64,000 bases of DNA from Zootoca vivipara (taxonomy: Eukaryota). Positions 49,835 to 64,000 of the stretch are shown here, piece by piece (the first letter of the stretch is position 1; each line of letters opens with the position of its first letter). The notes beneath the pieces are model-generated. The model did not search any database and was not told the origin of the DNA. It saw nothing but the letters and a program-made list of their open reading frames with translations. The position numbers and the translations under genes are program-made. The DNA lies in contig NC_083277.1 of NCBI RefSeq assembly GCF_963506605.1, forward strand, positions 9,300,001-9,364,000, read 5' to 3'.

Positions 49835-49950
49835 CTTTCCATTGTTTCATTGTATCCTCCACAAGGTGATTTAGATCTGGGGATTCCAAGATCCTGTTTC
49901 TCAGTTCTGGAGGGAAAGACAGTGGCTTTTCTGACTCTCTTTTATCATAC
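49835..49950 (-). CDS. 116-bp TRIM linker exon
   Basis: CACCAG|...|GTAATG; YDKRESEKPLSFPPELRNRI...MKQWK; phase 2 to 1, as expected for the pre-B30.2 TRIM exon. Confidence 0.7.
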
Positions 49951-51620
49951 CTGGTGAAAAGAAAGACAATGAATGGCCCCATTGTGGCACCATCTCCCTA
50001 ATTTTTACAGGTGATTTCAATAAAATGAAAAAAGGTGATTTCCCAAAAGGGTTGTTTCCACCACATATTGGTGGGACTGCAATCCGCTCCTGCAGGTAGA
50101 GGCAAGAGCAGGGCTAGGAAAGGTAAAAACAACCCTTTTTAAAAAGTCTTTAGACTCACACCCTACCCAGCTGACCAAGACACCTCTACAAGTCACAGCG
50201 AGCAAAATTCCACCACAGTAATATTTGGGGAGGGCATGCTGCTACAGCGGTTTCAGGTTCGATTTGATTCCCACCCAACCCAGCCTCTCCCGCTCAATAT
50301 CCAGCAGTATTCTTGTAGAAAGTTATCAATACAGTATACCCGCATCTCTATACATATGCAAATAATGGCAGTGCATTCTGGGTACCTTTCCGGGAAAGGT
50401 GCTTTCTTGTGGGTTTGGGTGGGGTTTTTTTTTGGAGGGGTTGAGGAGGGGTTGAGCTCGGCCATGGGGTTGAGGATGGAGCTGCCCACGCCTCTGCAGC
50501 ACCTGCCCAAGGCTGTGGAGCCGAGACAGAGAGGGAGAGGGATGGGGAGCCGCTTTGCAGCAAGCAGAGGGATTATCCGCTCCCAGATGCAGCAGCAGCC
50601 AGCGCCTTGCACCCTTGCTTGCTTGCTTGCAGATGCTTTGCAAGAATGGGAGAGGCCAGCTTGTTCAAACACCCATGTTTACAGAGCGGTCAGTGCAATA
50701 TTAATGCTGAAACACAAACCCCACAGCAGCCATCACTGGAGGAAACTGTTCTAAAATTAAGGGGGGGATATGAATTCTAATATTTGGAAGGAACTGGAGT
50801 GAGGGAATCTTCCCCACTCCCCCCCCCAAAAAAAAAATTGACAAAAGGCTCAAGAAAGTGGAGTCTAGGCTTAGGCTGAGTGCACACCATACATTTAAAG
50901 CACCTAGAAAGAGCAGCACCCAGGAAGTTGTAGTTTGTTAAGGGTGCTGGGAGTTATAGCTCTTTTGGGGTAAGCTACAGCTCCCATTATTCTTGGAGTG
51001 TGTGTGCTTTAAAAGTATGATATGTATACAGCCTTAGATAGCTTTAATAGGGAATATAACAGTTTTATAGAGGACAGAGATCAAAACATTCATATACTGT
51101 ATAAGGTATCTGAAGTGTGCATGCACACCAAAGCTCATACATAACAAATTTAGTTGGTCTCTAAGGTGCTACTGGGCAATTTTTGGAAGGATTATTTTAA
51201 GGACTTCTTTAGGGGGGGGATCATATGGATTTGATTCTTTTAAAGGAATTTTTGGGGGGGGAGCAACCAGATTTTTATGTGTCAAACAAAAGCACCATGC
51301 ATTGCCCTAAAAGTCCAGGGAACATTAGGTGCTTCTGAACGTCCTTTTAACTGGACATGCATGCATCAATATTAGTTGCAGTTGCAAACGTTTTGGGGCT
51401 GTCCCACATACTTCCCCACCACACAAACACACACAATTTTGGCAGGGGATGAACTCACGCACTAAAAAGAATAAAGGGGCGATCTCTCATCACCTCAGCT
51501 CAGCGATTCCCTTCAAACTCTCCCTCCCCAGAGATGGCTGCTAGCATTTTTCAACAAAGCCTCTTGGCATGCAGGTTGCCTTGGAGCAGCGAGGGGGATT
51601 GCTAGAGTGCTTCTGTAGAG

Positions 51621-51924
51621 CAGGGGTAGCCAACTCCCAAGAGACTGCAATCTACTCACAGAGTTAAAAACTGGCAGTGATCTACCCCCTTTTTTGGAGT
51701 TCAGGTCAAAGTTGTTGAGCTTTTTTTAAAGAAGGCAGAAGGCCATTTTGGGGGGATTCAGGTAAGAGTTGCTGAGTTTTTTCAGGGAGGAGGTAAAATG
51801 TTGAGCTTTTTTTAGAGGAGCCACAGTTGTTCAGCTTCTTTGAGGGGAGCCAATGATCTACCGCAGACGTCCAGTGATCTACCGATCTACCGGTAGATCA
51901 CAATCTACCTGTTGGACATGCCTG
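51621..51924. mobile_element. hAT MITE
   Basis: Termini CAGGGGTAGCCAAC / GTTGGACATGCCTG; perfect TSD CTGTAGAG. Confidence 0.8.
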
Positions 51925-51964
51925 CTGTAGAGGATGCGTTTGAAGGGAATCACTTACCGTAGGT

Positions 51965-52972
51965 TACAGCAAACCTTTTTAGAACTAAAATATCCACCTG
52001 ATGAAGTTAAACAACAGATCAACAGAGCCAGACTGATACCTAGGGAGAACCTGCTGCAAGACAGACCCAAAAAAGAAAATAACAGAACACCACTAGTCAT
52101 CACATACAGCTCCCAAGTTAAAACAGTACAACGCATCATCAGAGATCTACAGCCTCTCCTGGACAATGACAGCTCCCTTTCTCAAGCTCTGGGAGGAAGA
52201 CCTTTCATTGCCTACAGACAGCCACCCAATCTTAAACAACTCCTCACCCACAATAATACAACCACCAGACTTAACATGGACACTGGTACCAGAGCCTGCA
52301 ATAAACCCAGATGCCAACTTTGCTGCCACATGCACTCGGACAACACCATTACTGGCCCCAACAACATCAAACATACCATCTCAGGACTATCTAATTGCTC
52401 GTCTTCTAACATTGTGTATGCCATCAAATGCCAACAGTGCCCTTCAGCTCTCTATATTGGACAAACAGGCCAAACCCTACGCCAAAGGATAAATGGACAT
52501 AAATCTGACATCAGGAACCATAAGACTGAAAAACCAGTAGGAGAACACTTCAATCTCCCAGGACATTCTATACAAGATCTCAAAGCAGCTGTTTTATTAC
52601 AGAGAAATTTCAGGAACAGACTGGAAAGGGAAGTTGCTGAATTGGAAATCATTACCAAGCTTAAAACCATGGAAGCACCTGGGATGAATAGAGATATCGG
52701 ATTCTTATCTCATTATGCATGATCAAGCTTTCTTTAGCACCTCAGCCCAGGACTAATTGCAGCCATCAGCAGCCATTAACACCCATCTACAGGTTTACCA
52801 CTCCCATCAGCCCATCTCCCATTCCCACCCACCCCCACCACCCTCTGTATATATATAGGGTCTGACACTTCTGTTTCTAGTGTATCTGAAGAAGTGTGCA
52901 TGCACACGAAAGCTCATACCAAAATATAAACTTAGTTGGTCTTTAAGGTGCTACTGAAGGAATTTTTTTATT
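51965..52972 (+). mobile_element. Penelope-like element 3' part (RT C-terminus/linker, GIY-YIG, pLTR)
   Basis: Open frame to 52722 with C/H linker and GIY-YIG; 11-bp TSD TTACCGTAGGT (51954-51964 / 52973-52983). Confidence 0.92.
52882..52919 (+). ncRNA. Minimal type-I hammerhead ribozyme motif
   Basis: GUAU CUGAAGA A GUGUG-CAUG-CACAC GAAA GC UC AUAC. Confidence 0.75.
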
Positions 52973-53239
52973 TTACCGTAGGTGACTGAGGGATCTTGGT
53001 TGGGGCTAGAGGCGGAGCAACTCCTGCATGCAAATGAGGTGCCGCAAAGCATTGTAGGGAAGCGCAAAACGGGTGACACGGGCCACTCAGAAAGATCAGA
53101 GCTCCCTCAGGCTGGGCTGGTAGATGATGCCCGACTGCAGGCAAGTGAAGGGAAGTGGGGATAGGGCCCTTGGGCAGTGCTGTCTGTGCTCGCTGTGTTG
53201 TGAAGGGGTGTGGGCAGATGGTAGGCCGGGTCTGGCAGA

Positions 53240-56200
53240 GTAAGTAAAGTAAGTAGGGCTAATGCATTCCTGCACAATGTTTTATTCTTACTAAAGGATG
53301 TAGGCAGCTACACCTGCAGCAATTGCAACTTGGTTGCCCTACTAGAAGACAAGGCCCATCAACTTCAGGCCTGTGTATCTACGCTCCAGAGAATTAAGAG
53401 GAGTCTGTGGGCCTGATAAGATGCTGTCTTCCTGGGGCCAAGATCCAAGATGTAACAAACCCAGTGACAGATAACTTTTGGTCCATGTGGGAACCAATGA
53501 CACTGCAAGCCTTCTTAGATCAGATGGACATCTGGCAAGTGATGGGCTGCACCTCACAAGGGTTGGGAGGAATGTTCTTGCCATGAAACTCAAAAACTTC
53601 ATCAGGAGGGCTTTAAACTGGCTTATGTGGGGGAGGGAGACAGTGGTCCTGAAGGTAGTCTACCAAGTGCTGAAGATGATCACCCAAATGTCAAGGACCA
53701 AATGGAGCAAAGAGCACGCAGACTTAGTGGTGGGAGAAAAAAAATCCTTAAATAAGAGACATGGGGGAATGAGCAATGGTCTTCAATGTCTGTAAACCAA
53801 CATCAAAAAAACCAAGATCATGGCCACTGGTCCCATCACCTCCTGGCAAATAGAAGGGGAAGAAATGGAGGCAGTGAGAGATTTCACCTTCTTGGGCTCC
53901 TTGATCACTGCAGATGGTGACAGCAGTCACGAAATTAAAAGACGCCTGCTTCTTGGGAGAAAAGCAATGACAAACCTAGACAGCATCTTAAAAAGCAGAG
54001 ACATCACCTTGCCGACAAAGGTCCGTATAGTTAAAGCTATGGTTTTCCCAGTAGTGATGTATGGAAGTGAGAGCTGGACCATCAAGAAGGCTGATCGCCG
54101 AAGAATTGATGCTTTTGAATTGTGGTGCTGGAGGAGACTCTTGAGAGTCCCATGGACTGCAAGAAGATCAAACCTCTCCATTCCGAAGGAAATCAGCCCT
54201 GAGTGCTCCCTGGAAGGACAGATCGTGAAGCTGGGGCTCCAATACTTTGGCCACCTCATGAGAAGAGAAGAATCCTTGGAAAAGACCGTGATGTTGGGAA
54301 AGATTGAGGGCACTAGGAGAAGGGGACGTCAGAGGACAAGATGGTTGGACAGTGTTCTTGAAGCTACGAACATGAGTTTGACCAAACTGCGGGAGGCAGT
54401 GCAAGACAGGAGTGCCTGGCGTGCTATGGTCCATGGGGTCACGAAGAGTCGGACACGACTAAACGACTAAACAACAACAACAACAACATACTAATGCACA
54501 GAGCATGGGAAATAAGATGAACGTGAGCTCTTGGTACAGCAAACTAAATACGACATAACAGGCATCACTGAAACCTGGTGGGATGAGTCTCATGATTGGA
54601 ATGTAGTAATAGAGGGATACAATCTATTTCAGAGAAATAGACCAAACAGGAAAGGAGGAAGAGTGGCATTATACGTCAGGGATGTGTATACCTGTGAAGA
54701 GATCCAGGATTTAAAACTTCAAAGCCATATTGAGAGTATCTGGGTCAAAAGTAAGGGAGAGAAAAATAACAGTGATCTCATTGTGGGGGTTACTATAGAT
54801 CCCCAAGCCAAACTGAGGACATAGATGAAGCCTTCCTGGAACAGATGACCAAGCATTCAAAAGGAAGTGAGATAGTAGTAATGGGGGATTTCAACTATCC
54901 TGATATTTGTTGGATGTCAAACTCAGCCAAGAGCATAAGGTCGAACAGATTCCTCACTGGCCTTGCAGACAACTTCATTGTCCAGAAAGTGGGAGAAGCA
55001 ACAAAGGGTCAGCCATTTTAGATTTGATCCTAACCAATAGTGATGACCTGGTTAGTGGGGTAGAAGTGGCAGGATCGTTAGGTGGGAGTGACCATGCTCT
55101 TCTGGAGTTTATTATACAGTGGAAAGGAACAACCAAGCATACTAAGACTCAAATTCTAGACTTTAAGAAAGCTAACTTCAGAAAATGTAGGAAAACGGTG
55201 GGTGAAATCCCATGGACAGAAATACTAAAAGGGAAGGGAGTTCATGATGGTTGGGAGTTTGTTAAAAGGGAGATATAAAAGCCACAACTTCAGGCAATAC
55301 CAATGAGACGGAAACATGGAAGGTGCCTAAAGAAGCCAGGGTGGCTATCTAAAGAACTTTTGACTAAGATTTAAAAGGGGTATGTACAAAAAAATGGAAA
55401 AGGGGGGAAATCTCCAGAGAGGAATTCAAACAAATAGCCAGCACGTGTAGAGACATAGTCAGAAAAGCTAAAGCACAGAATGAACTCAGGCTTGCTAGAG
55501 AGGTTAAAAGCAACAAAAAGGGCTTTTATGGGTATGTCCGTAGCAAAAGGAAGAACAAGGAAACAGTGGGGTCACTTACAGGAGAAGGTGGTGAAATGCG
55601 AACAGGGGACAGAGAAAGGGCAGAACTCCTCAATACCTTCTTTGCCTCAGTCTTCTCCAAAAAAGAAAACAATGCCCAACCTGAAGAATATGGAGCAGAT
55701 GATTCAGCAGGGGAAACAAAGCCCATAACAAGTAAGGAGGTAGTACAAGAATACTTGGCTAGTTTTGATGTATTCACGTCTCCAGGGCCAGAAGAACTAC
55801 ATCCAAGAGTATTAAAAGAACTGGCAGAGGTGATTTCAGAACCACTGGCAATAATCTTTGAGAATTCCTGGAGAACAGGCGAAGTCCCAGCAGACTGGAG
55901 GAGGGCAAATGTTGTCCCTATTTTCAAAAAGGGGGAAAGAGAGGACCCAAACAATTACTGCCCAGTCAGCCTGACATCAATACCAGGAAAGATTCTACAG
56001 CAGATCATTAAGTAAACGGTCTGTGAGCACCTAGAAAGGAACACTGTGATCACTAAAAGTCAGCATGGGTTTCTGAAAAATAGGTCATGTCAGACTAATC
56101 TGATCTCATTTTTTGATAGAATTACAAGCCTGGTAGATGAAGGGAATGCTGTGGATATAGCCTATCTTGATTTCAGCAAGGCCTTTGACAAGGTGCCCCA

Positions 56201-56602
56201 TGATATTCTTGTAAAGAAGCTGGTAAAATGCGGGCTCAACAATGCTACCATTCAGTGGATTTGTAACTGGCTGGCTGACCGAACCCAAAGGGTGCTCATC
56301 AATGGCTCCTTTTCATCCTGGAGAGAAGTGACTAGTGGGGTTCTGTCTTGGGCCCAGTCTTATTCAACATCTTTATCAATGACTTGGATGATGGGCTTGA
56401 GGGCATCCTGAGCAAGTTTGCAGACGACACCAAATTGGGAGGGGTGGCTAATACCCCAGAGGACAGGATCACACTTCAAAATGACCTTAACAGATTAGAC
56501 AACTGGGCCAAAGCAAACAAGATGAATTTTAACAGGGAGAAATGTAAAGTACAGTACTACACCTGGGCAAAAAAAATGAAAGGCACAAAAAATGAAAGGC
56601 AC
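53240..56602 (+). mobile_element. Older CR1 with ORF1 remnants (zinc-finger/zipper, SGNH esterase) and decayed ORF2, interrupted by BovB
   Basis: YTCSNCNLVALLEDK, VHVGTND and DGLHL ORF1 motifs; frameshifted APE/RT. Confidence 0.9.
53795..54487 (+). mobile_element. BovB/RTE LINE 3' fragment nested in CR1
   Basis: 216-aa RTE RT C-terminus (FTFLGS, YGSESWT) and (CAA)n tail; splits the CR1 sequence CAATGTCTGT|ATACTAATGC. Confidence 0.92.
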
Positions 56603-59416
56603 AAACAAGATGAACTTGAGCTCTTGGTACAGCAAACTAAATATGACATAATAGGCATCACTGAAACCTGGTGGGATGAGTCTCATGACTGGAATGTAGT
56701 AATAGAGGGATACAATCTATTTAAGAGAAATAGACCAAACAGGAAAGGAGGAGGAGTAGCTTTATATGTTAGGGATATGTATACCTGTGAAGAGATCCAG
56801 GATTTAAAACTTCAAAGCCAAATTGAGAGTATCTGGGTCAAAATTAAGGGAGAGAAAAACAACAGTGATCTCATTGTGGGAGTTTACTATAGATCCCCAA
56901 GCCAAACTGAGGACACAGATGATGCCTTCCTGGAACAGATGGCCAAGCATTCCAAAGGAAGTGAGATAGTAGTAATGGGGGATTTCAACTATCCTGATAT
57001 TTGTTGGATGTCAAACTCAGCCAAGAGCATAAGGTCGAACAGATTCCTCACTGGCCTTGCAGACAACTTCATTGTCCAGAAAGTGGGAGAAGCAACAAGA
57101 GGATCAGCCATTTTAGATCTGGTCCTAACCAATAGTGATGACTTGGTTAGTGGGGTAGAAGTGGCAGGATCATTAGGTGGGAGTGACCATGCTCTTCTGG
57201 AGTTTATTATCCAGCGGAAAGGAGCAACCAAGCATACTAAGGTCCAAATTCTAGACTTTAAGAAAGCCGACTTCAGAAAACTTAGGGAAACGCTGGGTGA
57301 AATCCCATGGACAGTAATATTAAAAGGGAAGGGAGTTCATGATGGTTGGGAGTTTGTTAAAAGGGAGATATTAAAAGCACAACTTCAGGCAATACCAATG
57401 AGACGGAAACATGGAAGGTGCCTAAAGAAGCCAGGCTGGCTATCTAAAGAACTTTTGACTGAGTTAAGATTTAAAAGGGATATGTACAAAAAATGGAAAA
57501 GGGGGGAAATCTCCAGAGAGGAATTCAAACATATAGCCAGCACGTGTAGAGACAAAGTCAGAAAAGCTAAAGCACAGAATGAACTCAGGCTCGCCAGAGA
57601 GGTTAAAAGCAACAAAAAGGGCTTTTATGGGTATGTCCGTAGCAAAAGGAAAAACAAGGAAACAGTGGGGTCACTCAGAGGAGAAGATGGTGAAATGCAA
57701 ACAGGGGACAGAGAAAGGGCAGAACTCCTCAATGCCTTCTTTGCCTCAGTCTTCTCCAAGAAAGAAAACAACGCCCGACCTGAAGAATATGGAGCAGATG
57801 ATTCAGCAGGGGAAACACAGCCCAGAATAAGTAAGGAGGTAGTACAAGAATACTTGGCTAGTTTAGATGTATTCAAGTCTCCAGGGCCAGATGAACTACA
57901 TCCAAGAGTATTAAAAGAACTGGCAGAGGTGATTTCAGAACCACTGGCAATAATCTTTGAAAATTCCTGGAGAACAGGCGAAGTTCCAGCAGACTGGAGG
58001 AGGGCAAATGTTGTCCCTATTTTCAAAAAGGGGAAAAGAGAGGACCCAAACAATTACCGCCCAGTCAGCCTGACATCAATACCAGGAAAGATTCTAGAGC
58101 AGATCATTAAGCAAACAGTCTGTGAGCACCTAGAAAGAAACTCTGTGATCACTAAAAGTCAGCATGGGTTCCTGAAAAATAAGTCATGTCAGACTAATCT
58201 GATCTCATTTTTTGACAGAATTACAAGCCTGGTAGATGAAGGGAACGCTGTGGATGTAGCCTATCTTGATTTCAGCAAGGCCTTTGACAAGGTGCCCCAT
58301 GATATTCTTGTAAAGAAGCTGGTAAAATGTGGGCTAGACAATGCTACCATTCAGTGGATTTGTAGCTGGATTAGTGACCGAACCCAAAGGGTGCTCATCA
58401 ATGGCTCCTCCTCATCCTGGAGAGTAGTGACTAGTGGGGTGCCACAGGGTTCTGTCTTGGGCCCAGTCTTGTTCAACATCTTTATCAATGACGTGGATGA
58501 TGGGCTTGAGGGAATCCTGAGCAAGTTTGCAGATGACACCAAGTTGGGAGGGGTGGCTAACACCCCAGAGGACAGGATCACACTTCAGAATGACCTTAAC
58601 AGATTAGACAACTGGGCCAAAGCAAACAAGATGAATTTTAACAAGGAGAAATGTAAAGTACTACACTTGGGCAAAAAAAATGAAAGGCACAAATACAGGA
58701 TGGGAGACACCTGGCTTGAGAGCAGTACATGTGAAAAGGATCTAGGAGTTTTGGTTGACCACAAACTTGACATGAGTCAGCAGTGTGATGCAGCAGCTAA
58801 AAAAGCCAATGCAATTCTGGGCTGCATCAATAGGAGTATAGCATCTAGATCAAGGGAAGTAATAGTACCACTGTATTCTGCTCTGGTCAGACCTCACCTG
58901 GAGTATTGTGTCCAGTTCTGGGCACCACAGTTCAAGAAGGATACTGATAAGCTGGAACGTGTCCAGAAGAGGGCAACCAAAATGGTCAAAGGCCTGGAAA
59001 CGATGCCTTATGAGGAACGGCTTAGGGAGCTGGGTATGTTTAGCCTGGAGAAGAGAAGGTTAAGGGGTGATATGATAACCATGTTCAAATATATAAAAGG
59101 ATGTCATATAAAGGAGGGAGAAAGGTTGTTTTCTGCTGCTCCAGAGAAGCGGACACGGAGCAACGGATTCAAACTACAAGAAAGAAAATTCCACCTAAAC
59201 ATTAGGAAGAACTTCCTGAAAGTAAGAGCTGTTCGGCAGTGGAATTTGCTGCCAAGGAGTGTGGTGGAGTCTCCTTCTTTGGAGGTCTTTAAGCAGAGGC
59301 TTGACAGCCATCTGTCAGGAATGCTTTGATGGTGTTTCCTGCTTGGCAGGGGGTTGGACTGGATGGCCCTTGTGGTCTCTTCCAACTCTATGATTCTATG
59401 ATTCTATGATTCTATG
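56603..59416 (+). mobile_element. Young CR1 ORF2 copy (5'-truncated within the APE start)
   Basis: Three amino-acid differences seen from the 40193-43108 copy; (ATTCTATG)n tail. Confidence 0.96.
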
Positions 59417-59810
59417 TTTCTAATGTTATCCTTCATATGTCTCCCCGGTAAAAACCCGGCTTGGTCGTGGTGGATAAAATCTTTAAGAACCTTTTTCAAT
59501 CTGGAGGCCAAAATGTTAACAAATATTTTGTAATCCACATTCAACAAGGAGATTGGACGATAATTCTTAACTTGTGTTCTATCCGTATCTGTCTTAGGTA
59601 ACAGCGTGATATAGGCCTCCTTCCAAGACTCTGGGGCCTCTCCTCATTTCAAAATCTCATTACATAAATCCGTTAAAGGTTGAACTAGCCAGTCTTTCAT
59701 CATTCTGTAATATGTAGCTGTTAATCCATCAGGTCCTGGTGTTTTACCCAGTTGCATTTGTAATATTGCTTGCTCTACTTCTTGTATTGAAATTCGTTGA
59801 CTAAGTAGGG
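59417..59810 (-). mobile_element. L1-clade RT fragment
   Basis: Minus strand reads GKTPGPDGL ... WKEAYITLLPK ... NYRPISLLNVDYKIF ... DQAGFLPGR. Confidence 0.8.
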
Positions 59811-60099
59811 ATTTCTTATCTTCGGGAATTTTTTGGAGTCCATTTTTGTAGGAGCATGTGCAGTTGGAAAGCTGGACGGAGGCTTTCCACCCTCAGGGCC
59901 CAGAGGTGGCTCCTGTCTTGGGGCAGTTGGTGGATTTGGAGGAAGCTGACCCTTAGCACTCTCGGTTTGGGACCTGCTCTGGTATGGCCCCTTCTTCCCT
60001 GTGCCCATTCCCTCCTCTGGCAAGACGTGCACCTAGGAACAGAGCCTTTCCTGGTTATGCCACTAAACACCCCTTTTATTTCTCCTGCCATCAAATATA

Positions 60100-61052
60100 T
60101 CTATACACAATATAAAAATGTAGAAGGTCCATGTGTGTTATAGTCCAATGTTCTTGGAAACCGCTTGACCGATTTCGCACAAATTTGGACACACCGTTCC
60201 TTGCCAATACGAGTGTGTTTGCAGAACCTTAGATTCATAAGATCCCACCCTAACCCTAACCCTAACACACCTAAAAACGTGACTTTCTCTTTTAAAAAGG
60301 CCAAATATAGCGCCCTCAAGTGCACATCAAAGGAACAGATGTCAAATATTGCCATAATCCCCCCCACTCCTCCTCCTCCTCCTCGGCCGAAGCCTTTACA
60401 GACTAGGCCAAATGGAGGTACTGACTCACCTGGGTGGGGGTTGGGGGGAGGAGGGGACGGGTGTTGGGATTCAGCTCCACCTTAAGGTAAAGGCATGTAA
60501 CTATTGTATGTCACATGTCTGTCCACTTCCGTTGTATATTGCTATTGCTTTCTTTCTGCTGTGCTGATGAAGAAAGAGGAAACATGTTTGCTCTCTCCTG
60601 AGATATGCTGAATAAAGCTTGTAAATATGCTAATACGTCTCTCTCTCTCTGTGGATGTTTACGCTACATGGACTCTGCTACAGCGAGTCTAGGCCCCCAG
60701 GGTCTAGATCGATACCAGCTGGCTGCACCGGAGGGTCGAGACACCTGGCAGGCTGGCCGGGGAGGGCACGAGGCCCTGGCGTCTCCCATGGTGTTTGGCC
60801 AACAATGGGATGTAGGTCGGGACAGAGTTGGGGGATTCACAGGGATGAGCCGGGGGGGGGGCGGACAGAATAGCCTTTACAGACTAGGCCGAATGGAGGT
60901 ACTGACTCGCCTGGGTGGGGGTTACGGGGCAGTTGGGGGATTCACAGGGATGGGCCGGGGGGGGGGGCAAGGAACAGAATAGGTCATGGATCGGGAGAGG
61001 GTAGGGGCAGTCACAGGGATTAGCCACTGCAACGCGTGGCAGGGCCAGCTAG
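60100..61052 (+). mobile_element. Non-autonomous Helitron (paralogue of 33070-33548)
   Basis: A|TC start; GCCACTGCAACGCGTGGC hairpin, then CTAG|T. Confidence 0.72.
60462..60804 (+). mobile_element. Solo LTR
   Basis: TGTTGG...CCAACA termini, internal AATAAA (60611), 5-bp TSD ACGGG/ATGGG; absent from the paralogous Helitron. Confidence 0.75.
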
Positions 61053-61389
61053 TATATCTATGAATCAAAAGAAAAGGTGAGGGTTTCAAGATTAACTTGG
61101 GCATATAGTACCGGTAGGTGCTTTCAGTCTTTCTGTGTCATGATTCCATTATTGCAATTATAAAAGTTGGAGCTATGATGCTGTTCCTATAATATTTATG
61201 TAACCAACTCTGCTTCCAAAGCAACACCACCAATCTCAGCTCCACTTTGTGCAACTCTCCATTCCCAGTTATAAACATTTCCAACTCCGTCCACCAAACA
61301 CCAAAAGCAACTCACTCCGCATTAAGAAGCAACACTTCGGACTTACACACTCCCCCTCCCTATCTAACAATACATTAAATATTATATTA

Positions 61390-63291
<1,902 letters not shown>

Positions 63292-64000
63292 ACTCCATGT
63301 ATTTAAATGGTTTTTTTGTTATTCCCATTGGATTTGGCCCACCAGAATTTTGACTTCCTTCTCCATTGTCTTCTTTTGACAGGGAGGTGGGGAACCCAAT
63401 TTCTTTTCTAGGAAGAGAACAAAGGAATATTACACACATCAATTAGCACCTTCTCTTATTTTAACATATCGTATACAGTGGTACCTCGGTTTAAGTACAC
63501 AATTGGTTCCGGAAGTCTGTACTTAACCTGAAGCGCACTTAACCTGGAGCAAACTTTCCCATGGAAAGTAATGGAATGTTGAATAATCCGTTCCAGACGG
63601 GTCCGCTGAGTAATTAAACTGAAAGTATTCAAACCGAAGCGTACTTAGAGATATGACTGTATTATCTCCTGTCCTCCATATGTTACAAAATTTTGGGAAA
63701 GGCAAATGAAATAATGTCAAATAATGGTAATGCATCATCAGCCTTTCCTAACCCTCAATCAACGTTAATGAAGTAGCATTATCTTAGAATACGGTTGAAC
63801 TGTGGGGTTTACTTTTTATAAAAAGTGGTTTCTCAGATGAAAGGGAACTGCTCTATGTCCATGAACCTGCCCATTATTCATCAGGGTCCTAAGTTCACCA
63901 TGAAGTTCTTCATCCTCTGCAACAGCAATGACAAGTACACAGTCTCTTTGTGAATAGTGAGATTTATTCCAAATAGAAAACAATGGAAAACAACCACACG

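Noticed and set aside
53795-54487. BovB as a novel horizontal transfer
   Set aside because: BovB is a well-known resident of squamate genomes.

Overview
Vertebrate genomic DNA, almost certainly from a squamate and probably a lacertid lizard (Sauria SINEs, BovB/RTE, CR1 and Penelope retroelements). It is a C2H2 zinc-finger / TRIM-B30.2 gene cluster built from two diverged tandem segmental-duplication units (about 12.4-38 kb and 39.5-64 kb), separated by a 200-N assembly gap. It holds one apparently intact six-coding-exon SCAN-KRAB-ZNF gene (+, 4946-16450, 756 aa predicted, all splice phases consistent) and a frameshifted partial paralogue. There are also two long homogenised minus-strand ZNF arrays, three PRY-SPRY (B30.2) exons (one intact), two near-identical young CR1 ORF2 copies, Helitrons, a solo LTR and many MITEs. 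The most striking observation is gene capture by DNA transposons. A 1.08-kb non-autonomous hAT element (TIRs, perfect 8-bp TSD CTCTAGGA, 23131-24210) encloses the GC-rich 5' region, first coding exon and splice donor of an OSBPL10-like gene. A second, unrelated hAT element (5780-6524, perfect TSD GGTCCAGG) encloses CpG-island-like DNA. Both look like Pack-MULE-style 'Pack-hATs' carrying 5' gene ends. The Penelope repeats carry minimal type-I hammerhead ribozyme motifs, twice as sense/antisense hairpins. All calls were made by eye; no database searches were run.
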